This document shows positions 52,700-64,000 of a stretch of 64,000 nucleotides of DNA, one piece after another. Positions within the stretch are counted from its first letter, which is position 1. Every line of letters starts with the position of its first letter. Both the position numbers and the translations under genes were made by a program. The notes below the pieces were generated by a model, which ran no database searches, was not told the origin of the DNA, and saw nothing but the letters and a program-made list of their open reading frames with translations. The DNA comes from Isurus oxyrinchus (lineage: Eukaryota), in assembly GCA_026770705.1 (NCBI GenBank), contig JANJGN010000062.1, positions 1,488,001 through 1,552,000 on the forward strand. The letters are read 5' to 3'.

Positions 52700-53420
52700 T
52701 GACCAATGTCAGAGCCGAAATCGCCAGATAATGGTCATAATGTTCCCATCCTTCTTCAATGCCGATAAATGAAGTTTCCAAATATTACACCCTTGTTCAA
52801 GAAATGGTGTTAGGATAAATGCAGTAAATTCGGACCAGTAAGTTTAATATTGGCTTTGGGAAAGCTTTGTTTCCTTGGAAAATATGCATTGGGGCAGAAG
52901 TTAGAGCCAGTTGAAAAATGTAGTTTTGGTAAGAGACAATCGCATTGCACGGACCTGCTAGAGTAATTTAATGAGGTTAGTGAGACTGTTAATGAGGCTA
53001 ATGGAGTGGATGTGGCTTTGATGGACTTTGAAATGACCTTTGGCAAAGGGTCACGATAGCTGCTTGGCAGAAATGTTTGGCGCCTGTGGAATAAAAAAAA
53101 ATGAGTGATTGGAGATGGAATTGCTCTTTGAAAGGGAACAGGACGTCGTGTTCAACGTTTCTTCTTTTCCAGACCAGAGGAACAGGACATTCCACCTGGC
53201 TAGAAACCCTGATTTTCCGTTAATACATGATATCTACCGAGACTTGGTTGTAAGGGGAACAATTTCATTTTTTTTCTTCAAAGTATACAGAATTTTTTTA
53301 AGTGTTGTAAAATGTTGAAAGATTAAAATTAAATCAGACACCGACAAGCTGATGAACGGGCCGGAAAGTTATAGACGAAATTCGGTTGAGGGAAGCATTG
53401 GTTGGCCCATTTTTGTTGGA
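52700..53420 (+). mobile_element. Old CR1 RT fragment
   Basis: ttacacccttgttcaagaaa (ITPLFKK), ggaccagtaagtttaa (PVSL), gtggatgtggctttgatggacttt (VDVALMDF). Confidence 0.65.
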
Positions 53421-53479
53421 AGTAAAAAAAAAACCTATTAAAGTAGATAAGTATTTTTTTCAAAACTACCGGATCCCTC

Positions 53480-53860
53480 AACGCAAGTTACAGTCATTTA
53501 TTTGCATTGTGTAATGTCAGCACTGTTGCAATTTAAGGAACGCCGCAGCCATAATGGGCGCAGTAAAATCGCACAAAAATCGTGTGATAATGACCAGATG
53601 AGCTATATTGTCTGATGTTGATCAAGGGATAACTTTGGATAGACTCCCTAGTTTCCCTCAAAGTAGACCCATGGTAAATATTTTATTAACCTCCACTGAT
53701 GCAGATATGGCATCGAGTTAAACCTCTTACCTGGAACAAGCAAAATTATAGAGAACAGCATTCCCACAGCACTGCACTTCATTCACAGACTTGACTGCTC
53801 TGCTAAATAACTTGAGTCATTCTTGAAACAGGCCTTGTGCTTTAGAAGTGAGTGTTTTTA
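53480..53860 (-). mobile_element. Decayed Deu-type SINE
   Basis: Similar in layout to 43480-43870. Confidence 0.45.
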
Positions 53861-54396
53861 AGAGAGGTAAGGGCAAACGAAGGACTAGGAGAAGGAACAA
53901 TAAGGAACTGGATCATTTCTGAATGAGTTTCAGAAGCTGACGAACCTCGGGTGCATTTGTAAGAAACATTGTACTTGACAGTGCAGGTTGTGAAAAGGCT
54001 GCTAAAGTTTGGAGTTCTTTGGTGTATAACTAAGGCACAGAGTACACTGAAGGGAAGATGTTATGATTCATTTCGGCCTCATGTGGAATAATGCTTCCAA
54101 TTCTGGGCTAAAAACGTTAGGGAGGGTATGAAGGCATTAGAAATGATGCAGGAATGCTTCATAAGATCATTTCGGTGATGACAAACGTATTTTTTCTACA
54201 TTGTTTGAGTGAGCTACGAATATTCGACTTGGAGAGGGAATGCTAAAACAACCTTCGGGTTCTGGACATTACGGCACAGAAAAATTGTTGCCATTGGCGG
54301 AAGGATCAAGAATGATCAGTACAGATTCATGGTGATGGACAAATTGGAAATGGTGACATAAGGATGCTAGTTTTGCATGTTGCGATTAATTACGTT

Positions 54397-55425
54397 CTGC
54401 AATGCACTGCCTGAGAATGTGGTGGACGAGGATATGCAATGCACTGACTGAAATTGTAGTGAATGATGAAATGCAAAGCACTGTCTGAGAAAATGCTAGC
54501 TTAAGATCTGCAATGCAATGTCTTAGATTGTGATGGATGAGGATCTGTAATGCATTGACAGAGAATGTGGGTGATGAGGACCTGGGATGCAATGTACCAG
54601 AATATGCTGGATGGCAATCCGCAATACACTGTCTGAGAATGTGACGGATGACTGTCTACAATGCACTGGCTGAGAATGGGGTAGGTGAGGATCTGCTTCA
54701 AGCTATCTGACATGCACATTCTGAGATCGTGGCGGGGGGGGGGGGGGGGGGGTGAGGATCTGAAACACACGGTCTGAGATTGTGGGGGATGTGGATCTGC
54801 AATGCACTGCTTGAGAATGTGGTGGATTTGGATCTGCAATCCACTGCCAGAGAATGTGAGGGAATAAAGATTTGCAATGCACTGTCTGAGAATGTTAGTG
54901 ATGAGGGTCTGGAATGCACATGTATGAGAATGTGCTGGATGACGATCTGCAATGCTCTTTCAGATAATTTGGTGAATGAGGACATGGAATGCACCTTCTG
55001 ACAAGGAGGTGGATAAAGATCTGAAATATGCTGTCTGAGATTGTGGTGGATGTCGACCTGCAATGCACTTTCTGAAAATGTGGCGTATGTGGATCTTCAC
55101 TGCATTTTCTGAAAATGTGAGTGACGAGGATCTGGAATGCACTGTCTGAGAATGTGCTGGATGACGATCTACATTCCACTGTCTAAGATTGTGGTATTTG
55201 ATGATCTGCATTGTACTGTTGGAGAATGTGGATGATGAGGGTCTGCAATGCACTGACTGAGAAAGCGAAGGATGAGGATATGAAATCCACTCTCTGAAAA
55301 TGATGGTGATGAGGATCTGCAATTCATTGTTGGAGAATATGGTGCTTGAAGATATGAAAAGCATCGTCTAAGAATGTGGCGGCGAGGATCTGAAATGCAC
55401 TGCCTGAAGATGTGGTGGATGAATA
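54397..55425. repeat. 37-bp degenerate minisatellite (about 28 units) inside a CR1 3' fragment (about 53950-55600)
   Basis: Unit about gcaatgcactgtctgagaatgtggtggatgaggatct; starts at 54399, 54436 and 54473. Confidence 0.92.
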
Positions 55426-55623
55426 TGAATCGTAGATTTTAAAATATATATAGTTAGATAAATGAGTGAAAAACAATGCACAGCTATTGTAAATTGCAGG
55501 GTTGTGTGAGTGGGTGAGATACTTTCACAGAGAGCCTCCATGGACAGAACATGCTGAAAGGCCCCTTTCAGTGTTGCAGGGAGATTATTTTAATCCATGA
55601 TTACATTGACTGAGAGGTCTCAC

Positions 55624-55938
55624 CTGAACAGATGACACTGGCGTCATTTCCATGTGAGCAGTTAAAATTTTCCCCGGATGTAACCCGACACTCTGTCACT
55701 CGCGATTCATTCCCGTGGCACCTGTAATTTTCCTTCCACACACGGCCTGCTCCCTGCCCAAAGGGAGAAACCCTCGGGATTTCCTTTACAACCCCGCACT
55801 GAAGGTGCTCACACACCACACTGGCGTCTTCTAAACCAAAGTGAATATCACACAGGGTCCCCCACTGCTCTCCGTGCAGCACTTCCACCCGGCCGGAGCA
55901 CCTGTTCTCACCACCAACCAATCGGGGTCCATGCTTCC
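55624..55938 (-). CDS. SRCR domain 3 exon
   Basis: 315 nt: GPRLVGGENRCSGRVEVLHGEQWGTLCDIHFGLEDASVVCEHLQCG...CSHGNDASVICS; canonical splice sites. Confidence 0.95.
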
Positions 55939-57107
55939 CTGTTTTTAATAAAAACAAGGACGAAAATATTTTGTAAATGAACATTTGAATATAGACATGG
56001 CGAAACAAAGAAAAATGAACGAATGAAAATTTATAAATTCGTGTTGTACTGCACTGTTTATACATCTTACTGTTTGAAACGCATTAGACTGCGATAAGCC
56101 CTTAAACGAACGTGTCTGTTTGCTCAAAGTAGAGGGTTCATCCAGGAAAATGCTAATGGAATTTTGGACTTTGTCTCAACAGCTTTGAAATACCAAAGAG
56201 AGGACGTGACGTTTCAGTCATACCCAGTATTGGCCAGAACCAACCTGTATAACAGCTGTCAGATTTGGACAGGGCACTCCGGAAGAAACTATTCGTCTTG
56301 GAGGGGATGCAATGTATATATAGAAGGATGCTTAATTTACTTAAACATTGTATTGTGATTCCGAATCGAACAAAAATGTCTTGAAGCTATTTACTCTGGA
56401 AGGATTAGGGCTGATTAAACGATGTTAAAAATCTTAAATGGATTTCAAAGATTTGGCAAAGAGTCACGTGTCCAGTAATCCAGAACAAGGTCACTCAAGG
56501 GATGAAGTTGTTACTGCCGGGGACAGGAATATATTTGAGACGGCCTGCATTTATTCCGATTTTCTACATTCCCCTGTGGAAGCGATTGAAATTGATTCTC
56601 TTGGACTGTTGACGTAGGCACATAGCACATACAGTTGCAATGCTTCTACGGAGATAATCCCACTATTTTGAGCAAGAAACAAGAAAGGAAATTTTCTCCT
56701 AATTATTTACTTTATTTCGGTCAATTCATTGAAACGCCTCTCTAAAATAATGCAACCACAGTTAAATATTGATTCGCCTACTTTTATAATTAATGAAGTC
56801 ATTTCAAGTTTGGCAGACAGAAAACGACTTGAGAGTTCAATCGATAATGGGTGTTCTGGCAAATGTCAATGAAAAACCTATGTATGGTGCAAGCATTAAT
56901 TTCGCAATAATAATGCGTTATTTTCAGATTACGCAGAAGTTACTGACTTAAACATAATCGCGTTATTCCAGAATCATAAAAAGCGACAGTGAACTATAAA
57001 GATGTGCTTGGGAATGATCATAATACAAGGAAACAGCAATGGCATTTTCTCCGTTTCTGAAAAGTTCACCAGAAAACCTTTATGTGTTTCGGAATCCTTC
57101 TACTCAC

Positions 57108-57422
57108 CGGAACAGCTCACACCGACATCGTTCATGTGGGTGCACTCGTTTTGATTTACTGGAGAGATAGGGCAGTCTGTCAGGCTTGTCTCATTGCCTT
57201 TACAATCAAATTTATCGCTCCGTAGAATTCCAGTGCCCTTTCCAAAATAAGCCCCTTTTTCCACAGACACGGGGACTCCACACTGAAGCTGATGACAGAC
57301 CACGCTGGCGTCATTCCAATCCCAGTGAAGATCACACACTGTTCCCCAGGTTGTACCGAACTGTATTTCCAGTCTGCCCGAGCAGTTGGAATCCACGGAT
57401 ACGAGTCTGGGAAACCTGTGAT
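57108..57422 (-). CDS. SRCR domain 2 exon
   Basis: 315 nt: HRFPRLVSVDSNCSGRLEIQFGTTWGTVCDLHW...CTHMNDVGVSCS; canonical splice sites. Confidence 0.95.
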
Positions 57423-60400
57423 CTGAGTAACAACAATTCATGATTGTCCCAATCATTTTCAATTTTGTGCATATCTGTTTAAGCAAAACCTGTGAAGATG
57501 ACTTCTGATAAGGGTTTCATCCCGGCACAATAGCGATTACGCTAAACCCCACAATCCTCCAGAAGTTATTGCTTGTAAAGAGGCCACATGCATCCTTTAA
57601 CACACTTAGATTTACTGCTACCTCAGTACAGTGTTACAAGCATGCACTATATCTGCAGAGAGAACTTGGCTAAACATCTATTGAGAGAGAAGTGCTCTTT
57701 GACGTCAAACAATCTCTGCACTACCTGCAGCGAAAGTTCTTCATTGCATATTATTCTTATACCGGTTCCCGCCCGGAATCCATAGACTGAAATGCAACCA
57801 TACCATCCTTCACCCCAACACACGTGCACACCTTCGAGGTTCGGTCGATAGATCTCATTGATGTAGATCACCAAGAATTCGACTTTTCACAGCTGGTATT
57901 TCATTGGCACTAATGCCCAAATAGAAACTACATCAAGTTGCATCCAGGCAACATTCCCCCCACCCACAGACACCGCCCCCCCGCTCAACCGCCGCCAACC
58001 CAGCCATCATTGCAGGAAAACATCTGAACAACAAAAAAATTCCCTTTCTCTTACATTCCGTATTTTCTATCGAGTTGAATTTAATAGTTTTAAATACATA
58101 TTTATTCTCAAAGTCCCAATTTATCTACTTTTACTACCTCTGGCCCCTCATTTTTCAATCCCCCCTCTTGAATTATAAGACCCACTTTTCACAACATCTA
58201 CTTATATGGAAGTCACAGCAGCTTTCTCTTCATAACACTTTCAGGGCGTAACTCTTCCCTGGAACCGGGCGACTGCAACTAGTCATATCCTGTGACCGGC
58301 CAGAAAATTACTCAGATAAATCCAGGAACCCTGACTTGTCCTCGAATCTACCATTTGATCTGCTGGCGTTTGTTCTTTCGTCGATGGAGCATATTGACGA
58401 ACACAGACACCAAATAATCTCAAACATAAAATGATTGATCCCACAATACTTTCCCAGTGAAACATTCCGAACACTGGAAGCACAAAGCAATGTTAAGTGC
58501 CATTTTGAATATGTCAGTAAAATGTAACGGTCACATACAAGGGGCACAAACAGGCTCGTGTTATTTTAGCATTTTTAAAGTACTGACAGCTGAATCCAAA
58601 CGAAACAATCACCGGATAACCATGTACAGTTTTGTGAACCAAGCCTTAGTTTTAATACGCTGATCATTTAAGGAGTGCATTTCGGGCTCCCCAGAATGTT
58701 TCCCGTCTTCCAAGTGCAAACTTGAAAGGACAGCTTATGTCAATTGGTTCATGTTCCCATACATCGCCTTTTGATTCCCGAAGCTTTAAATTTAATAGAT
58801 CACTGAAGCATTTCATACTTATATATATAATCAATCACATACAAAGGGAGCCTCTTAAGGCCATAATCAATGTGCAATTGAATGGGGAGACAGTGATACT
58901 CCAACAATATTCTCTCTCTTCCTCACTCAGACCTCACTTCTAGTGTAATGAGGTCAGTGAGAGGCCATGAGAAGGCAAACTCATTGCAACCGAATAGTCT
59001 TCATGGGCCTTGGCAATTAATGTCCGGTAACCTTCCATCTGTAGCCTGAATTGCATCGTATAATATAGGGGTGAATGGATTAAAACAAAAATGACCCTCA
59101 ATAATTATGGGTCATTGGATCCAGGACACCAATTACACTGTCAGATGCATTAAAATATTTGGATGACAGAGTATCAGATCGCTGCTTTCTATAATGGTTA
59201 CCAACGTTGTTCATGGATCGTTTGTCCATTAACGAATGTCATCTCTGAATATCGCTTCCACAGTTGTAGTGCCAAAATCTTACTGGTGTGAAACGTGAAC
59301 ATTGTCTGTCCACAGGTACCTCTTACCCAAATCAGTCGTTTTAACATCTTCTGTTTTTTTTCTGAAAAAAATAGTTACATCGTTTCCTTTACATTTCACA
59401 GTAGATTTTCTGTACTATCGCGCAGCAGAAAAAAAAAACAGCTAATTCCTGTGAGAGACGATGTGGAGCTGGCGGAAAGCTAGCAGAATTAATCCCAAAC
59501 TGCATAGCAAACAGCCATCAGTAATTAAGGATGGATGTTAGGTATTCAGACCAGCACAAAGGTAGTTCGTTGTGTTCCAACAGGACTGATGCCAGGAACA
59601 ATATTGTTTGCCGTTTACAGAAACAAATTATCCACAGGGAATAGTTCAAAATTAGTCTGTGGAGTCAAATTCAAAGCACAGTTTAAACTCAGGAAAACTG
59701 TGAGGGGGCACTTAGAGAGACAGAATAAACAGTAAATGCAATAAATTCCCAAAATGTGCACTTAATTTGCAAATGAATGTTATAATAGTTAAGGGCAATG
59801 CATTATTTTTGTGAGAATTAGTTCAGAGCTCAGGTATTCATTGGAAAATGAAAGTGCACATTAGGTAGATGTGCCATCGGATCTCAGTGTCTCGGCCTTC
59901 ATTTTTGGAGGGAAGGAGTTAAAAAGCTTGATAGTTTCATTATATTCCGGTCAGCCCACTCTCGCACTGCCGGCATTTTCCTGTCCCGCGGAAGTCAATG
60001 GACATTTGAATAGCTCATCTCCATTGACACCCACAGCACAACCGCAATGGGGCCATCAAATTCCTAGAGACACGAGAAAAGTTGAAAGTTATTTATATGG
60101 ATTTTGACCGTTCTACGAGAAAGGTTGGGGGAAATGAAATGAATTGCCAGGGTACATTTGTTTTCACGAGGGAAGGTAACCAGAGCACTGAAATGATAAA
60201 GATCTTTTTGACGATTGAACAAATTGACATGATAGATGATGGTTAACTCTGGGCTATGGTCAAAAAATACTAAAATTCCCAAATGCATTCGGAAGAAATG
60301 TTTTTTTTTTACTAGACAGTTGTTAGAATGTGGAACTCGTGGCCACTGAAGATGAGGTGATTGCAATGGATTTATTTATGATTGATGAACAGATGATGGT

Positions 60401-61942
60401 GAATGGAACCTCACGTTATATTGATGAAGATAGATGATAAGTTGTTGTATTGCCTGGAGGGTAAAGTGGTTGGGGAGCGGGGGATGCTCGATTACGTTAT
60501 TAACCCCGAGATTGACCGGTTGGCCTATGGAGTCAGTAGCTTTGCCGTCGAGAATGTGTGATTCTGTGTAATGTTTACAACAGAACTACAGTTGTGAACT
60601 TCGCTAACACGACCTGTATTAACTGTCCATCCGAGTTTGCTTGAGAAGATATTCTGTGTTTCATAAAAGCGGCTGCCTTGTGTGTGGTGAACGGGCTACC
60701 ATATCGCTCTTAGATTGGGAGTTCATGGAGCTTGAACCAGCGAGATGAACGCCGTTTCTTTCAGAAATGGAGAAGACAATATTTTTAGAGGTGCTGCTGT
60801 TCTCCCTGCACATTATTAAGATTGCCGTCTTATTATTGCACTGAGGGAGAGAATGGTGGTTGATGGTGGTGATTAAACACACAGTCAAAGACAGAACTTC
60901 ATCTGGGGATGGCAAGTCTCCTGTCTAGTGCCTCAGCAGCGCCTTTACAGGTCACGCGCAGTTTCCACGATTAGCGATGATTTGGGAAATGAGAAACAAT
61001 GGTGAGACAGTTGAAGACTGATACTCACAGAACATTCAGCCTCTGGCCTGCTGAAGAAGCCACGGCATTGGCATTGGCTATTGCAAATGAAAGTTCAGTC
61101 AACGGTGTTCCCCAAGTTTAAGATGATGAGGGACTGTTTGACTGCAAAGCAACTGAATGTCAATTGGAATCTCTCTTCCATTGCTGTCATTAGCCGTTTG
61201 CAGACACGTCTTACTTGTCTTTTATAATTTGGGGCATGGATGCTGTGCAGGATTTGTTCTGTGTGGCTATGGGCTGCTTCCTAATTTGATGAATTGCGAA
61301 TGGAGCCGAGCACTGGGCAGTCATGATCAAACAACTCCTCTTCCGAACATGTAACATAAAGGAGATGACTGAAGCAGTTGAGAAAATTACAACATTGATC
61401 AGTAACTTAGAAAGTGCAGTTTCCGTTTAATCTCCATTGAGTTTAGTTTTAAAAGGCTGATTCAGTTTTATAATTGCTGCCCTTTCCACCGAAATCCCAC
61501 AAAGGGTTAAGTTGCTAATAGATCTGTTCCGATGATGCCTAGATTAGGTCCATGTGCCAGGATTTCTTGGGTGCGCTGATGGGGAACTCTCCGCTTTTCA
61601 TCCAGTAATGTAACGCTGTCAAGATTATTCACTGCAATTGTGCCTTGCATTACACTTAACATATTGGTTTGAAATGCTGCACTTCTTCCGATCTCAATAT
61701 AAATTAAATATTGAACCGAATGGTCTGTGCAGTTGACATCGGGATTATGTTTGCAGATTATACCCTTGCTGCCCCATAATTTAGACTCTCCGCACACACA
61801 GAAACCTTCCTTCCCAGTTCCCGATTCACAACCTGTAAAATATCAGACCAATTATTCCGTACTACGGAATTTGGGAAACCTGAGGAACGGCAGAGATGAG
61901 CATGCGAAAATACTGGCGCCTTGAGCTATGTGTGAACATCTT

Positions 61943-61992
61943 GGGAAGTTTCAACTTCATCTGGGGAATTCCCCTGCTCTCTGGGAAACTCC
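61943..61992. promoter_or_regulatory. Cluster of NF-kB-like sites in the intron after SRCR domain 1
   Basis: GGGAAGTTTC (61943, imperfect), GGGGAATTCCCC (61963-61974, perfect palindrome), GGGAAACTCC (61983-61992); consensus GGGRNNYYCC. Motif match only. Confidence 0.4.
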
Positions 61993-62515
61993 GCAATAGA
62001 GCTGAATCAATGACACCTGCATGCTCCGGTGTGCTCCCCAGGGTCGTTACGCCATGGAATTTGTACAGGGAGTGAGAACATAAAACACTGATCTAACAGC
62101 TGGGCAACTGAATAACCGGACTCTGCAATCGTTCTCACTGATTACCGCAAGAGCATGCCGAACCATCCATGCAAGTGGGGAGGGTGAGGGTATAATGCGT
62201 GCAGGATGTTCCGAACATTCTTCGCTTTCCATGGATTGTCCGGGTCACCTCACAGCAAGAAGCCAGCAGTGATATAAAGTGGGGTGCAACGTGCCGTTCT
62301 GGTGTGAGCTTAACTTTATAAATTAACACAATTATTGACATGAATGTATGACACGCAATGATTCTAATTGAATATAACATTAACTCCAACTGGAATATCC
62401 TGCCCTAAGTCTCATTCTCCAGCTATCAGCTGTCCCAAAATAACATTTCCGCCTTTATTCCAGGGGAAAGAAATCGGATACGATGGGCGATGCGAAGCAG
62501 AAGAAATATTTGTAA

Positions 62516-62830
62516 CTGAGCAGATCGCGCTGGCATCATCGCTGTGCGGCCAGGAATAGTGATCCCAGGAAACTGATTTACAATCTCGCAGGGCGGCCTC
62601 GTTCCCGCTGCACTCAACATTATATGTCACAACGGGCCCGGAGCCTTCCCCAAAGTGAGCCCCGCCCGGTGCAGAGACCGCGGTCCCGCAGCCCAGCTCC
62701 CGACACACAACAGCGGCGTCCTGCAGGTCCCAGCTGTCATCATACACAGTCCCCCACTGCCCTCTGTAGTGAATCTCCACTCTTCCTGCGCATCGACTGC
62801 CCCCATTTGCCAGTCTCAGTTTCACAGCCT
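62516..62830 (-). CDS. SRCR domain 1 exon (6-Cys variant; non-canonical donor)
   Basis: 315 nt open frame: VKLRLANGGSRCAGRVEIHYRGQWGTVYDDSWDLQDAAVVCRELGCG...HYSWPHSDDASAICS. Acceptor ttttacag is intact; donor reads TCA G|TTACA. Confidence 0.88.
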
Positions 62831-64000
62831 CTGTAAAATACAATAATAAGCATAGAATTACAACCTATTAAAACCGCCAGACCCAGCTAACCGGTCTCCA
62901 CTTTCTGCAGGTCAGAGCAGAAGAATTTGGCCCAATCTCCCATTGAAACTCGATTTAAATATCAAACCTTTCAAACGCAAGGCTATAATTGTATTAAACC
63001 CATAAACGAGCCGGTATAAGTTGGAGAGATGCCCCTTCTGGGACAGTTTGTCGATACGTTCAGAATTTATTCCAGTCCCCGGAGATCAGGAGATGGATGT
63101 GAATATAATAGCGAACTCACTGATTGGCGGAGACTGAGATCCATTCAGAGTATCAGAGCACAAATTGCAATCTCCTTCTCCCAGCCAGCCCCACCCTCCC
63201 CCAAATTCCGGAACCGGAATATCATGTAACCTCTATTTCTGTCTGTATGTAATTCGCGAATTGGCAGCCCAGTTGGGATCAAAAGCAATATCAGTGGTTA
63301 TTGACATTCTCCTCTCTGGGACCCAAGTCATAGTCACTCTGCATTAGACAGCAATTGTCCCTCAACAGGGTTTAAGTATGTTCATTATCAGAGTGCAGGA
63401 AACATTCCGTTCCTCCCTGACAGGCACATGGAGAGCGAGTTAATCAATGATCAAGTCGGTACCGCAATTGTCTCCAACAGTTAGTTTTAATTCACGTAGA
63501 GTGGACAGAAAAATTTCAGATAATATGAAAGTTGAGAGTTATTACCTGATGGATCAGCCTGACTGCTCCCAGTTCTGCCTGAAATGAAATGTTGAAAATT
63601 AAAGTTTCATGAGGGTAAGAGAACGATGAAATGGACAAAAGCGTTCTTTGTTCAAAGCAAATGCGAGAATATTTTGTCATTTTTTGAACATAAGGTTTTC
63701 AGGAACTTTATGTTAAAAAATTCAACAAAACACCCAAGTTTCCATCATTATCTGAAGGTAGATTTCCCGTCGCTTTTCAGAAGAAATAATCCCGCGATTT
63801 GTGATTTAATCTGTTTTCCACTCCTAATGATGCATCCACTACAGGCTCAGTAGCAGGTTCATGTTATTAACTGGTCAACGTTTACCCAGGAGATCCCGAG
63901 ATAACCCATTACACAGAACACCTCTTCACCATCTAAGGTCCCTCTAGCATACTAAAGATAGTATGTTTACCACACCCACTCTCGGTGCTCGAAGAAATGG

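Noticed and set aside
54386-55364. Repetitive ORFs and a CRISPR-like 37-bp periodicity
   Set aside because: Head-to-tail degenerate minisatellite with no unique spacers and no cas genes, in a vertebrate context.

Overview
Vertebrate, repeat-rich genomic DNA. The repeat families (CR1 LINEs, Deu-type SINEs, Penelope elements) and a GPR139-like GPCR relic suggest a cartilaginous fish (shark); this is inference. The main gene is on the minus strand, about 62830 down to 41746, with its leader outside the window. It encodes a type I membrane receptor of the group-B SRCR (CD163/WC1/SCART-like) family: 7 SRCR exons, a Cys-containing linker exon, a short stalk exon, a TM exon, and at least 3 cytoplasmic exons carrying YQAI-YEEI, EYYT and YDGAE motifs. 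All exons were reconstructed by eye as phase-1 and in frame, except that the first SRCR exon lacks its canonical GT donor. A decayed tandem paralog (in-frame stops, deletions, an insertion) occupies about 5900-14250, and a GPR139-like GPCR pseudogene lies between the two copies. The most unusual observations are: (i) young Penelope-derived fold-back insertions with target-site duplications carrying a minimal hammerhead-ribozyme-like motif with a fixed A6U change; (ii) a CR1 copy with heavy, strand-biased A-to-G hypermutation; (iii) a 37-bp minisatellite born inside a CR1; (iv) a WC1-like receptor with an intramembrane Cys-Glu and a broken splice donor on its first SRCR domain.
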